Positions 7,358 through 16,146 of a stretch of DNA of 40,892 bases are shown here, one piece after another (position 1 is the stretch's first letter; every line of letters begins with the position of its first letter). The translations under genes and the position numbers were made by a program. This DNA comes from an uncultured Planctomycetia bacterium (GTDB taxonomy: Bacteria > Omnitrophota > Gorgyraeia > 1-14-0-20-64-10), in contig CAYJTC010000003.1 of NCBI GenBank assembly GCA_964372955.1, positions 1-40,892 of the forward strand. The letters run 5' to 3'. Below the pieces are notes generated by a model that was not told where the DNA came from, did no database searches, and saw only the letters and a program-made list of their open reading frames with translations.

Positions 7358-8818
7358 TTATTTTAAAACAAGATCCACCCAATTCGAGGTGGCCCGGTGG
7401 CGGCCCTTTTCTCCATTGCCTCCGTCCCAAACGGCCGCGGCGAACAGAATCGGTTTGCCCGGCGCCAGATTCGCCCCGCCTGAGGCGGGAGATTTCAGGG
7501 ATCGTTGGAGGGTCAGCGCCCAGGCCCCTTCCGAATAGACGGCGGCCGTTTCCAGCGCAAGACCGGCTTCTTCCCCGTCTTCCAGGCCTTCGATTTCTCG
7601 CGCGAACGCCTCTTGGGCTTCGGACTGGGCGGCCGACCAGTAGCAGACGTCCAGCGCCGGAACCTCCGGAGCGGCCGGCCAAGCCCTCAGAGAGCCGACT
7701 TGGAACTTCTGGCGCCGGTCCGGCAGAAAGAAAAGGCCCGCCGCGTCGGGAGGCGTCTGTCTGTTTTCTGCTGAATCGTGCCAGATAAGCCGCAGGAGAA
7801 GGACCTCTTCATTATACACCGCCTGGATAGAAATCGACCCAACCGCGGTGGGCAGCAGCGCCCCCTGCTGATAGGCGCTGTTGCTTAACCTCAGGGTGGT
7901 ATAAGGGGCTTGGGCCCAGGCCGGGTCCTCCGGGCCGGAGGGCAGAGAGGCCGTTTTGATCGCCTCCACCTTCCGGTTCCAATGGGGGGTCTCCTGCAGG
8001 GAATGGACGTAGTAGGCCAGGGCCCAGGCATCCTCTTTGGAGGCGAAGGCCTCCGCGTAGGAAGGCATCGGGGTTCCGTCGATCCCGGTCATCATCCGGG
8101 CCACGATGTCGCTCGGGGAGGCGCCGCCCCGGTAGGTCCAGCCCTGGGTCAGGTCAGCCGACCGGATCGGGTTTCCCCAGTTGTCGGTCAGGGCAGCCGC
8201 CGATGGGCCGTTGGCCCGGCCCAAAGCTCCGTGGCAGGCACCGCACCCGAGCTGGGCGTAAAGTTCCTTCCCGCGGACCAGCGGGGCCTTCTCGGGGCCC
8301 GGGTCGGTCCCTAAATCGACCGGTTCCGAGGTTTGCTCCTGAAAAACAGGGCTCAAGCTCTTGATGTAAGCCACCAGGTGCCAGCGGGTCTCCTCCGGAA
8401 GACGCTGGAAATCCGGCATCCGGCTGCCGGGCAGGCCGGTGGAGAGGGTGTGGAACAGATCCCCGTCGGTGGGGGGGGTGCCGCTGGCGGTGGTCCGGAA
8501 CTTGAAAATTCCTTCCGCCAGATTGCGGGGTTTGGGAAACATCCGTTTGGCGTCGAACCCGTCCCCAGCACCGGTGGGCCCATGGCACCGGGCGCAGTTG
8601 GTTTCATAGGCCAGCTTCCCGGCGGCCAGGTCCGGCTCCGGCCGGTTCAGGGCCGGAGCCGAAGGAGCTTGGGGTGAGGTTTTCGCGGGCCGGTCGGCCG
8701 AGGCGGTCCCGGAAGGAACCAGGATCCAGCTCAGCAGGATCAGGACCCCCAGCCAGGTTCCCCATTGAGCCGCCTCTTTAAGCCATCCGGCCCGTTTGAA
8801 GGAGGAAAAAAGATTCAT
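7358..8818 (-). CDS. Membrane-anchored dihaem cytochrome c fused to an EB_dh-like (ethylbenzene-dehydrogenase gamma / DOMON-type) haem-binding domain
   Basis: Two CxxCH motifs (CARCHG, CGACHG). C-terminal LLLRLIWHD...FAAAVWDGGNGEKGRHRATSNWVDLVL resembles EB_dh domains. Start set at the ATG at 8818 (MNLFSSFKRAGWL..., TM anchor). Confidence 0.7.
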   Translation of the reverse strand: MNLFSSFKRAGWLKEAAQWGTWLGVLILLSWILVPSGTASADRPAKTSPQAPSAPALNRPEPDLAAGKLAYETNCARCHGPTGAGDGFDAKRMFPKPRNLAEGIFKFRTTASGTPPTDGDLFHTLSTGLPGSRMPDFQRLPEETRWHLVAYIKSLSPVFQEQTSEPVDLGTDPGPEKAPLVRGKELYAQLGCGACHGALGRANGPSAAALTDNWGNPIRSADLTQGWTYRGGASPSDIVARMMTGIDGTPMPSYAEAFASKEDAWALAYYVHSLQETPHWNRKVEAIKTASLPSGPEDPAWAQAPYTTLRLSNSAYQQGALLPTAVGSISIQAVYNEEVLLLRLIWHDSAENRQTPPDAAGLFFLPDRRQKFQVGSLRAWPAAPEVPALDVCYWSAAQSEAQEAFAREIEGLEDGEEAGLALETAAVYSEGAWALTLQRSLKSPASGGANLAPGKPILFAAAVWDGGNGEKGRHRATSNWVDLVLK

Positions 8819-8838
8819 GATTCTTATTTGTCGTCGTA

Positions 8839-9858
8839 TCAGGTGTCTAGCCGCTTCCAGATAGACCCGTTCCACCCATAGAAATGTTTGTCCCTGCTGT
8901 TGAAATAAATGGTCCCTTCTTGAGGGTTGGCCGGAGCAGATGCCGGGGTCAGGCGGAGAGTCGAGTTGACCTCCAATCTGGCCTGAGGGGTTGTTGCAGT
9001 CTCGATTCCCACATTGCCCCCTCGAATGGAGAGATAGTCATCGCTCATCAAGATGAGGCGCATGTCGAAGTCAGAGACCGTGTCGTTCACGAAATCGATG
9101 TAGGGAGTTCCCCCCGTGGTGCCGGACCTCAGCGTCAGGCCGACGTTGGGGTCGAGGGCGCCTAACTTAATGAGATCAGAAGTCCCCACGGCCCTTCGGG
9201 CTGCGATGTTGCCGATTGCCTCCAGCGTGTGGAGAGGATCTGTGGTCCCGACCCCGACTCTGCCGGAGGAGGCAATCCGCATGACTTCCGTTGTCGCCCC
9301 CCCCTCCGCGTTATTAGGAGGGGCGACAAAAAAACTGAGCCGAGCAGGGGCTGTGCTGGCGCTCCAGTTATCGTCCGCGAAGGCGATGATGCGCGCGCCG
9401 GAGGGATAGCTGGCCCCGTTATATCCGTCAAACCGGATCGTCCCCAGGGCGTCGTTCGTTTGGATAGCCGCGGGTCCGGGCCTGGACTTTCGAAATGTCA
9501 GACGATTCCGGTCGTTAGCGTTTTGGTTCTCTAGAAGCAGACTCGTGGTTTCGCTGGCAGGCTGCAGGATGTGGATGGGAGCCTGAGGGCTTGTCGTCCC
9601 CACTCCCAGCCGTTTGGAGACCAGCAGAGTTCCATCGGGCAGGCCGGCCGGTTCCGGCGGATTCGTCAGCGAATAGGGAGTTCCGATGGTGGCCCGGTTG
9701 GCGTGGAGCCGGTCGAACGGGTTGCCTCCAGAACCTCCGGGCGCCGGGACATAGGTGCCCACGTCAATCACCTCATCCGCCTGGAGAGCGCTAGCCAAGA
9801 ACAGGCCCACGGTTAAAGCAAGGATTGCAGCATGGCGCAGATGGAATTTTCGACGCAT
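8839..9858 (-). CDS. Secreted protein with tail-fibre-like VG(I/V)GTT repeats
   Basis: Signal peptide MRRKFHLRHAAILALTVGLFLASALQA. Three copies of the RLGVGTTSP / RVGVGTTDP / NVGIETATTP...RLEV motif. C-terminal GTIYFNSRDKHFYGWNGSIWKRL is a pattern I associate with phage tail-fibre-like or BclA-like surface proteins. Confidence 0.55.
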   Translation of the reverse strand: MRRKFHLRHAAILALTVGLFLASALQADEVIDVGTYVPAPGGSGGNPFDRLHANRATIGTPYSLTNPPEPAGLPDGTLLVSKRLGVGTTSPQAPIHILQPASETTSLLLENQNANDRNRLTFRKSRPGPAAIQTNDALGTIRFDGYNGASYPSGARIIAFADDNWSASTAPARLSFFVAPPNNAEGGATTEVMRIASSGRVGVGTTDPLHTLEAIGNIAARRAVGTSDLIKLGALDPNVGLTLRSGTTGGTPYIDFVNDTVSDFDMRLILMSDDYLSIRGGNVGIETATTPQARLEVNSTLRLTPASAPANPQEGTIYFNSRDKHFYGWNGSIWKRLDT

Positions 9859-9889
9859 CGTCCCCTCCGTTTGCTTTGGAAACAGTTTA

Positions 9890-11131
9890 CTACCCGGGGA
9901 AGCTTCTCACAAGAAGACGGGCCGCCGCGGCGGTGAAGAGCCCTAAATAGGTTCCCAGGAGGTTGCCCAAGACCGCCATCAAGAGGCCCACGCCGGCCAA
10001 GCGGGGGCAGAAGGCAGCTCCCACAATCGGAGCCGAGATCGGCCCCCCGATGTTGGCCTGGGAGGCGGTGGCGATCAGCCCTAAGGGGGCCCGCAGGAGA
10101 AACCCGCCGACTCCCAGCACGAGCCCATGAATGAGGATCCAGGTCGCTCCTAAAGCGGCGAAAACAGGAGCCTGGGTGATCGCTTGGAGGTTGGACCGGG
10201 CCCCGATGGATGCCAGCAGAAGATAGAGGGCGATGGTTCCAATCCTGGACAGTCCCGCCTCTTCCAGTTTTCTTAAAGGGGTCAGAGAAAGCAGCAGCGC
10301 GGCCGTGGTAACCAACAGGATCGTCCAGGTAGCCGGGCTCATCGCCGATCCACACGACGGTAGCCGAGCCGCCACCCTCTGCGCCATCCAAGAGAGCAGG
10401 AGGCTAAGCAGAATTCCAACAACAAGAGAGAGGCCACGCAAGGGGGATGGGGTAGCTGCGAGTCGCACCCCCGCTCCGGGGGTTCCCTCCGCGCATCGCT
10501 CGTCCGCCCCGGCGTGGCGGCCTCGCTCTGTCCTCGGCCTCGCTCTCCCGCCATTTCCAGACCAAGAAGTTAAGGAAGGCGGGATCCGTGCCCGCGCGGC
10601 CTGCGGATGTGCGCTCCGGGAATCCCCCGGAGCGGGGGCGGACTTAATCACCCGGTTCCATTGTGTCTGCCAGGCTGAGCTCCAGATCAATAGTCCCATC
10701 CAAGAATAGGCGACGACGGCGTCGACTAAGATGACCGGCGCGATCAGGGGATCCGGCACCTGGAGCGCCTCCTTGACGGCGATCAGGTTCGCCGACCCCC
10801 CGATCCAGCTTCCGGCCAGCGCCCCCACCGCCCCCCAGCTTCCATCGGGAAGCCAAGGCCGGAAAATCCAGAAACTGATCAGCGCCCCTAAGATTGTCCC
10901 GACCGACCCAATTCCCATCAACCCAATGGCCCACGGCCCCAGCCGGGCAATCGCCTTCAGATCGGCCCCGATCAGCAGGAGCACCAGACAGACCGGCAGA
11001 AGCTGTTGGGACAGAAACGAATAGAGAGGATGGGAATTGGGCAGCCATCCCAAGGTGGCGGCCGCCATCGGGATCATATAGCACCAAAACGGGATCGGCA
11101 AGATCTGAAGCGATCGGAGGAGAAGATTCAA
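9890..11131 (-). CDS. DUF819-family polytopic membrane protein carrying a central low-complexity insertion
   Basis: N-terminal PIPFWCYMIPMAAATLGWLP...LLPVCLVLLLIGADLKAI and C-terminal ASQANIGGPISAPIVG resemble DUF819 (YjcL-like). The central ~75 aa are Arg/Pro/Gly/Ala-rich. Confidence 0.65.
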   Translation of the reverse strand: MNLLLRSLQILPIPFWCYMIPMAAATLGWLPNSHPLYSFLSQQLLPVCLVLLLIGADLKAIARLGPWAIGLMGIGSVGTILGALISFWIFRPWLPDGSWGAVGALAGSWIGGSANLIAVKEALQVPDPLIAPVILVDAVVAYSWMGLLIWSSAWQTQWNRVIKSAPAPGDSRSAHPQAARARIPPSLTSWSGNGGRARPRTERGRHAGADERCAEGTPGAGVRLAATPSPLRGLSLVVGILLSLLLSWMAQRVAARLPSCGSAMSPATWTILLVTTAALLLSLTPLRKLEEAGLSRIGTIALYLLLASIGARSNLQAITQAPVFAALGATWILIHGLVLGVGGFLLRAPLGLIATASQANIGGPISAPIVGAAFCPRLAGVGLLMAVLGNLLGTYLGLFTAAAARLLVRSFPG

Positions 11132-12204
11132 GGGACTGTCACCCCATTGCCGGGCCGATCGGTTTCCACGATCAGTCGGTTCCCAACGGTTTGAAAGCCT
11201 GAAGTCCCAGGGGGGGATTCCAACAGCAGGTGAGAGTCCAGGTCCACGTAGTTGAAAGCTCCGGTCCCGCAGGACAAATGAACACTGGCCGACAGCCCCT
11301 GGGCCGATTCCGCCATGCAGCCGATCATCAGGCGGATCCCGGCCAACCGGGCCTGCCGTACGATCCTCAACGCCCCCAGGAAACCGGCCTTGGCCATCTT
11401 CACGTTGATGATCGGCGCCGTCTTGCGCCGAATCAGGGCCAGCGTTTCCTGAATCGAGCGGGCCGATTCATCGGCGGCCACCGGAATCTTTCCATCCCGG
11501 CTCACTTGAGCCAGGCCTTCCCGATCCTCTTTGGGGACCGGCTGCTCGAACAACCGGACCGGGAACCGGCGCCGGCGGATCTCCTGGGCAAACCGAACCG
11601 CATTTTCTGCGGAAAAACCCTGGTTGCCGTCGAGCCAGAGGATCGCGTGAGGAGCCGCCCGGTGAACCGCCGCCACCCGGCGCAGGTCTTCATCCAGGTC
11701 GCGGCCAGTCACTTTGATCTTGAGCCGTTGGAACCCGCCGGCCGCCGCTTTCAAAGCGGCCCGCCTCATCTGTGTTGGAGTCCAGGCGGAGAGGGTCAGA
11801 CTGGTGGTGACGAAGCGGCGGCTCCCGCCGCACCAGCGCCAGAGAGAGATTTTCTGAGTTCGGGCGGCGGCGTCCAGCAGGGCGCATTCCAGCGCAGCGG
11901 CGGCGGTCGGGTGGGCGCCGGCTCCCTCCCAGCCCTTGGCAATCAGCGCCCGCACCGGCCGGATCGGCTGGCCGATCAGGGAATCGGCCAGATCGGACAA
12001 AACCTGCCGCATCGCGGAAGGATTGTCGGCCGGCCAGGCTAGGGAGGAGGAAGCTTCTCCGAGGCCCGTCGTCCCATCTTCCAGATGGATCTGGACCCAA
12101 AGATTCCGACTCACCTGCTTGCGGCCCAGTGCTGTGACGAATGGCTGGCGCATCGGCAGGTTCACCGGGGTCAAGTCCAACCGGACGATCCGAGGAGGAC
12201 TCAC
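11128..12204 (-). CDS. Dipeptide epimerase (L-Ala-D/L-Glu epimerase, enolase superfamily)
   Basis: MR/MLE-type layout: LKIKVTG...LWLDGNQGF...FEQPVPKED...PVAADES...NVKMAKAG...MIGCMAES. 4-nt overlaps with both neighbours. Confidence 0.8.
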   Translation of the reverse strand: MSPPRIVRLDLTPVNLPMRQPFVTALGRKQVSRNLWVQIHLEDGTTGLGEASSSLAWPADNPSAMRQVLSDLADSLIGQPIRPVRALIAKGWEGAGAHPTAAAALECALLDAAARTQKISLWRWCGGSRRFVTTSLTLSAWTPTQMRRAALKAAAGGFQRLKIKVTGRDLDEDLRRVAAVHRAAPHAILWLDGNQGFSAENAVRFAQEIRRRRFPVRLFEQPVPKEDREGLAQVSRDGKIPVAADESARSIQETLALIRRKTAPIINVKMAKAGFLGALRIVRQARLAGIRLMIGCMAESAQGLSASVHLSCGTGAFNYVDLDSHLLLESPPGTSGFQTVGNRLIVETDRPGNGVTVP

Positions 12205-13124
12205 GGCAGGTAACTGCCGAAGGAAATCCGCCGGCTTTTGGCTTCTTGGAGTTTCAATCGCAGGGAAATCTCACGGACCGTTTCGCCTGTTCCAGGCCCT
12301 TCGATCACCCAGTTCTCCTCGACAAGGGGGCTTTCCGTTTTGCGGCTAACCAGCATGACATGCGCGACCCGTTCCGGGTTCTGGGGATCGTGAAGAAAAA
12401 TCAGATCTCCCAGTCGGAGCTCTTCGGGGGAAAGAGGAAGGGCCTGCATCCAGAGCTCATGGGCGTCCCGCGGGATGATCAGGCCGTTGGCTTGGTAAAC
12501 CAGGCCGACCAGCCCGGAGCAGTCCACGGCGGTCTGAGGGGGGTTCGCCGCGGCCGGATCGTGGGCCGAACGCCCGCCCCAGTAATAGGGGTCCCCCAGG
12601 AACGCACGGGCTGTTTCCACGAGGTGGGCGCGCCACTTTTCAGGCTCTTCGCGCAGGAGAATGAGATCTTTTAGAGAAGAGGCCTCTTCGCTTCGGATCC
12701 AGCCGGTGGTTCCATCCAGGAGATCCAACCGCCACCAATCTTCGGTGCCAGGCACCGGTCGGTGGGGCTTGGCACCGTTTAAGCGGGTGCCCAGGGAAAG
12801 TCGAAGCCGGATCGGGGCGGTTTCCTCCGGTTTCTCAAGGACGCAGCCGATCTTGGCGGCGACAACGAGGTTCGGTCTCCACCCTTGCGGCTCCGATGCC
12901 AGGGCCGCCCGCTCCATCCACCCCGGGTATCCTTCCCACCGCTGGCTGTGGCTCCATTCCTGCTGTTCCACGGCGGCAACCCGAACCCAATCCCCGTTTT
13001 CCTCCAGAACCCGGACTGGATCCCCGTAAAGAAGCTGGCTTTCTTCAAGAGGGTCCTGTTCCAGCGTCGCCCCGGCTTTGACCGGTTCCTTGCGCAGATC
13101 GGCCACCGGTACTGCCACCCGCAT
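12201..13124 (-). CDS. NlpC/P60 (C40) peptidase with N-terminal SH3b-like domains (YkfC-like gamma-D-Glu-diamino acid endopeptidase)
   Basis: Catalytic DCSGLVGLVYQANG...GDLIFL...HVMLV. I prefer the ATG at 13124 (MRVAVPVADLRKEP...). The ATG at 13256 would add a signal-like peptide but would overlap the divergent gene by 59 nt. Confidence 0.75.
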   Translation of the reverse strand: MRVAVPVADLRKEPVKAGATLEQDPLEESQLLYGDPVRVLEENGDWVRVAAVEQQEWSHSQRWEGYPGWMERAALASEPQGWRPNLVVAAKIGCVLEKPEETAPIRLRLSLGTRLNGAKPHRPVPGTEDWWRLDLLDGTTGWIRSEEASSLKDLILLREEPEKWRAHLVETARAFLGDPYYWGGRSAHDPAAANPPQTAVDCSGLVGLVYQANGLIIPRDAHELWMQALPLSPEELRLGDLIFLHDPQNPERVAHVMLVSRKTESPLVEENWVIEGPGTGETVREISLRLKLQEAKSRRISFGSYLP

Positions 13125-13197
13125 CAGACCAGCGCCTGTCTCTTGCGCCGGCAGGACGGTCGCTGATAGAAAGACAAGGAGGTATAATGGGCCCGCG

Positions 13198-13974
13198 ATG
13201 AAAACTCGCCCCCTTCGGTTCCTTCTGCCCCTGGTGGTTTTTCTGCCGATGGTCATCTCGCCCGCCTTCGGGATCTCCACGGAACGCCTCAGCGAACAGG
13301 ATATCACACTCCTGGAGTCCGTCCGGAGAGCGCTCGTGCCGCTGGTCGACCGCCGCAAAGGGGTCGGGACCGCTCCTTTACTTACCTTCGAGGAGCTCTA
13401 CGCGCCGCTGAATTCAGATCAGAGGGTTTTCCTGGATCGGATGCGGGCGTTGGATCCCTCAAAGCTGGGGGGCTCCAGCCGGAAGCTGCCTCTGCCTTCA
13501 GGAAAGGAAACTTTCATCCGGCTGGATCGTCAAGTAATCCTGCGGGAGGACAAGCCGGTCCGTTTGGACACCCAATATCTTCCGCTTCCGGCTCATGAGG
13601 CCTACCGGAGGATGATGGGGGCGATGGAGGCCGACCTGGGAAAGCGGCTCCTGGTGGAATCCGGGTACCGGTCCCCGGCCTATCAGCTTTACTTATTTGT
13701 CTTCTACCTGCCCAAACACGGCTATTCGATCCGGGAGACCAACCGCCACGTGGCCTTGCCCGGCTGCAGTGAGCACGGCAGCCCCGCTTTCCAAGCCATT
13801 GATTTCATCACCCCCGCCGGAATCAACGGCGAGGATCGCCCGGAAGAATTTGAGGAGCTGCAGGAGTACGGGTGGCTGATGAATCGCGCAGGCGAATTCG
13901 GTTTCCACCTGTCCTATCCTAGAAGAGGCCCCTCCGCCTTTGAACCCTGGCACTGGCATTGGGAAGACCGGTGA
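13198..13974 (+). CDS. VanY-type D-alanyl-D-alanine carboxypeptidase (peptidase M15), exported
   Basis: Signal peptide MKTRPLRFLLPLVVFLPMVISPAFG. SGYRSPAYQ...GCSEHGSPAFQAIDF...EPWHWHW are zinc-ligand motifs of the VanY family. Confidence 0.8.
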   Translation: MKTRPLRFLLPLVVFLPMVISPAFGISTERLSEQDITLLESVRRALVPLVDRRKGVGTAPLLTFEELYAPLNSDQRVFLDRMRALDPSKLGGSSRKLPLPSGKETFIRLDRQVILREDKPVRLDTQYLPLPAHEAYRRMMGAMEADLGKRLLVESGYRSPAYQLYLFVFYLPKHGYSIRETNRHVALPGCSEHGSPAFQAIDFITPAGINGEDRPEEFEELQEYGWLMNRAGEFGFHLSYPRRGPSAFEPWHWHWEDR

Positions 13975-13987
13975 GGTGGGGACGGGA

Positions 13988-14443
13988 TCAATCTAAAAAG
14001 GGCTCAATCCACCTTCTAAATAACCTCAAGCCATCGGCCGGGATGACAACGGGGAAGGAAACGAGGGTCTCGATCCCAGGCTTCATGAAGTCACGGGTAT
14101 TCCAGGTCACGAACGCGGAGACCTTGGCCGATTGGGCAGAACAAAGTATTGCGGCATCGCTTGGAGGAAGCCTTTTAAGAAAAGGAGCAATTGCTTCGGA
14201 AGAGGGTTCCGGGGCAATCTCAGGCCCCATGCTTTTCCAGAGCTTCCGGCTTTCCTGAATGAGGTTAGAGAACCTTTTTCCCAATACCCGGTCCGACTCG
14301 ATTACCACCGTCTCCGAGACAACCATCGTGAGGGCGCCTGCTTCCGCCAGGCGCAGGAGCGCTCCACTGGCTCCTTCGGGAGACAGCAGAGCGGCGATAT
14401 AGACGCTGGTGTCGAAGAAGATCCGGTGCCGGGGCGCGACCAC
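13988..14443 (-). CDS. PIN-domain toxin (VapC-like)
   Basis: FFDTSVYIAAL...VVSETVVIE...TWNTRDF acidic residues typical of PIN. It lies 3 nt downstream of the antitoxin. Confidence 0.75.
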   Translation of the reverse strand: MVAPRHRIFFDTSVYIAALLSPEGASGALLRLAEAGALTMVVSETVVIESDRVLGKRFSNLIQESRKLWKSMGPEIAPEPSSEAIAPFLKRLPPSDAAILCSAQSAKVSAFVTWNTRDFMKPGIETLVSFPVVIPADGLRLFRRWIEPFLD

Positions 14444-14446
14444 GTT

Positions 14447-14689
14447 CTAAGATTTCTGGCGCCGCACCTGTCGCAGATCCTTAAGAAGGTCTTGAAGGGT
14501 GACGGAGTCCCTTTTTGCTTGGCTTGAAAATTTCCTGGCGACCGACTCAAACGTGGAGTGTTGAGGGGTCAGCAGGATCGCCTCCCCCACCCGGGCGATC
14601 GAAAGGGAGTCGTTCTCGGAAAGCTTCAGCGCTGCCCGGATGTGGGCCGGAATCGTCACCTGCCCCTTGCCTCTTAGCCGTGTTGTCAT
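14447..14689 (-). CDS. AbrB/SpoVT-family antitoxin
   Basis: LRGKGQVTIPAHIRAALKLSENDSL swapped-hairpin motif. 80 aa, immediately upstream of the PIN gene. Confidence 0.75.
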   Translation of the reverse strand: MTTRLRGKGQVTIPAHIRAALKLSENDSLSIARVGEAILLTPQHSTFESVARKFSSQAKRDSVTLQDLLKDLRQVRRQKS

Positions 14690-14808
14690 GAGAGATTCCT
14701 CCTAATTTCTAACTATTTAACACTTTCCGACTAAATTATACCTCATCGGCCAAGGGTTTTCAAGAGCCATCCCACCGTAGGGAAATCTTTGGTAGACTGA
14801 AGAGCATC

Positions 14809-16146
14809 ATGAAAACAGCAAACGAATCGACCCCTCTGCGCAGGGCGCTGGGGGTCTGGGACGCCACGGCGCTGGTGGTCGGATGCGTGATCGGGGCCGG
14901 GATCTTCCGGACCGCCGCCTCGGTGGCGGCCCACCTGCACACGCCCGGCTTGGTGATGGGGGTGTGGCTGGCCGGCGGGGCGATCTCCTTCTGCGGGGCC
15001 CTCTGCTACGCGGAGCTGGGGGCCGCCTATCCTAAGACCGGCGGGGATTACGTCTACCTGGACCGGGCCTATGGCCGGACCGTCGGGTTTTTATTCGGCT
15101 GGACCAAGCTGTTCACCGAGCGGATCGGAACGATCGCGATCTTGGGTTTTGTCTTCGCCGAATACCTGGGGTCCGTGTGGGGCTTGGGGCCGCTTGCGAC
15201 CAAAGGGTTGGCCGCCGGGGCGATCGCACTTTTAACCGGGGCCAATCTCATCGGGGTTCATGTCGGCAAGGGGGTGCAGAATCTCCTGACCGTTTTGAAG
15301 CTGGCGGCCCTGATGGGGATCATCGCCGCCGGCCTCTTAGCCGGCAAGGCTCAGCCGGAGTTGATCCGGAGCGCCTCCTTCGTCCCGCTGGATGGCAAGA
15401 CCCTTCCCTCCTTCGGGGTGGCCCTGGTGTTCGTGCTCTGGACTTACGGGGGCTGGACCGAGTCCTCCTACGTGGCCGAGGAGATTCGGGATCCTCATCG
15501 GGCCCTGCCCTGGTCGATCCTGCTGGGCTTGAGTGTGGTGACCGGGCTGTATCTGGCGGTCAACTGGGTCTACCTGCTCTACATTCCGTTGGACCAGATG
15601 CAGGGCCGGCCCTTAGTGGCGGCGGAAGTCATGAAGGCCGCTGTGGGACCGGCGGGAGCGACGGTCACTTCCTTGATGGTGGCCTGCTCCGCCTTCGGGG
15701 CCTTGAACGGCTATATCCTGACCAGCGGGCGGATCCTCCTGGCTGTCGGCCGGGACCACCCCCTCTTCTCCCGGCTGGCGGCGGTCCATCCCCGGTTCGC
15801 CACGCCGGCGACCGCTCTGGTGTTCAACGCGACCGCCGCGGCGCTGCTTCTTGGGTTCGGCACCTTTGATCAGATCGTGACCTACTCCACCGTCGTCATC
15901 TCCCTCTTCTTCGCGATGGCCGCCTTCAGCGTCATCCTGCTTCGGATCCGGGATCCCCACCGGGCGCGGCCCTACCGGGTCTGGGGCTATCCGGTGACCC
16001 CGCTCCTTTTCGTAGCCGCGATGGTCTGGTTCATCGCGGATGTGACCTGGATGCAGCCCAAGGAGGCGCTGTGGGGGTTCGGGCTGCTGGCGCTGGGCCT
16101 GCCGGTGTACGGCTGGTCCCGAATGCTGGAGCGCAGGGGGGTGTAG
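14809..16146 (+). CDS. APC-superfamily amino acid permease
   Basis: 12-TM pattern: VVGCVIGAGIFRTA...CYAELGAAYPKTGGDYVY...TYGGWTES. Confidence 0.85.
   Translation: MKTANESTPLRRALGVWDATALVVGCVIGAGIFRTAASVAAHLHTPGLVMGVWLAGGAISFCGALCYAELGAAYPKTGGDYVYLDRAYGRTVGFLFGWTKLFTERIGTIAILGFVFAEYLGSVWGLGPLATKGLAAGAIALLTGANLIGVHVGKGVQNLLTVLKLAALMGIIAAGLLAGKAQPELIRSASFVPLDGKTLPSFGVALVFVLWTYGGWTESSYVAEEIRDPHRALPWSILLGLSVVTGLYLAVNWVYLLYIPLDQMQGRPLVAAEVMKAAVGPAGATVTSLMVACSAFGALNGYILTSGRILLAVGRDHPLFSRLAAVHPRFATPATALVFNATAAALLLGFGTFDQIVTYSTVVISLFFAMAAFSVILLRIRDPHRARPYRVWGYPVTPLLFVAAMVWFIADVTWMQPKEALWGFGLLALGLPVYGWSRMLERRGV

Noticed and set aside
14770-14798. Promoter for the APC permease (TAGACT -10-like box at 14793-14798).
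   Set aside because: There is no acceptable -35 at 16-18 nt spacing, and the call would imply a leaderless mRNA without further support.
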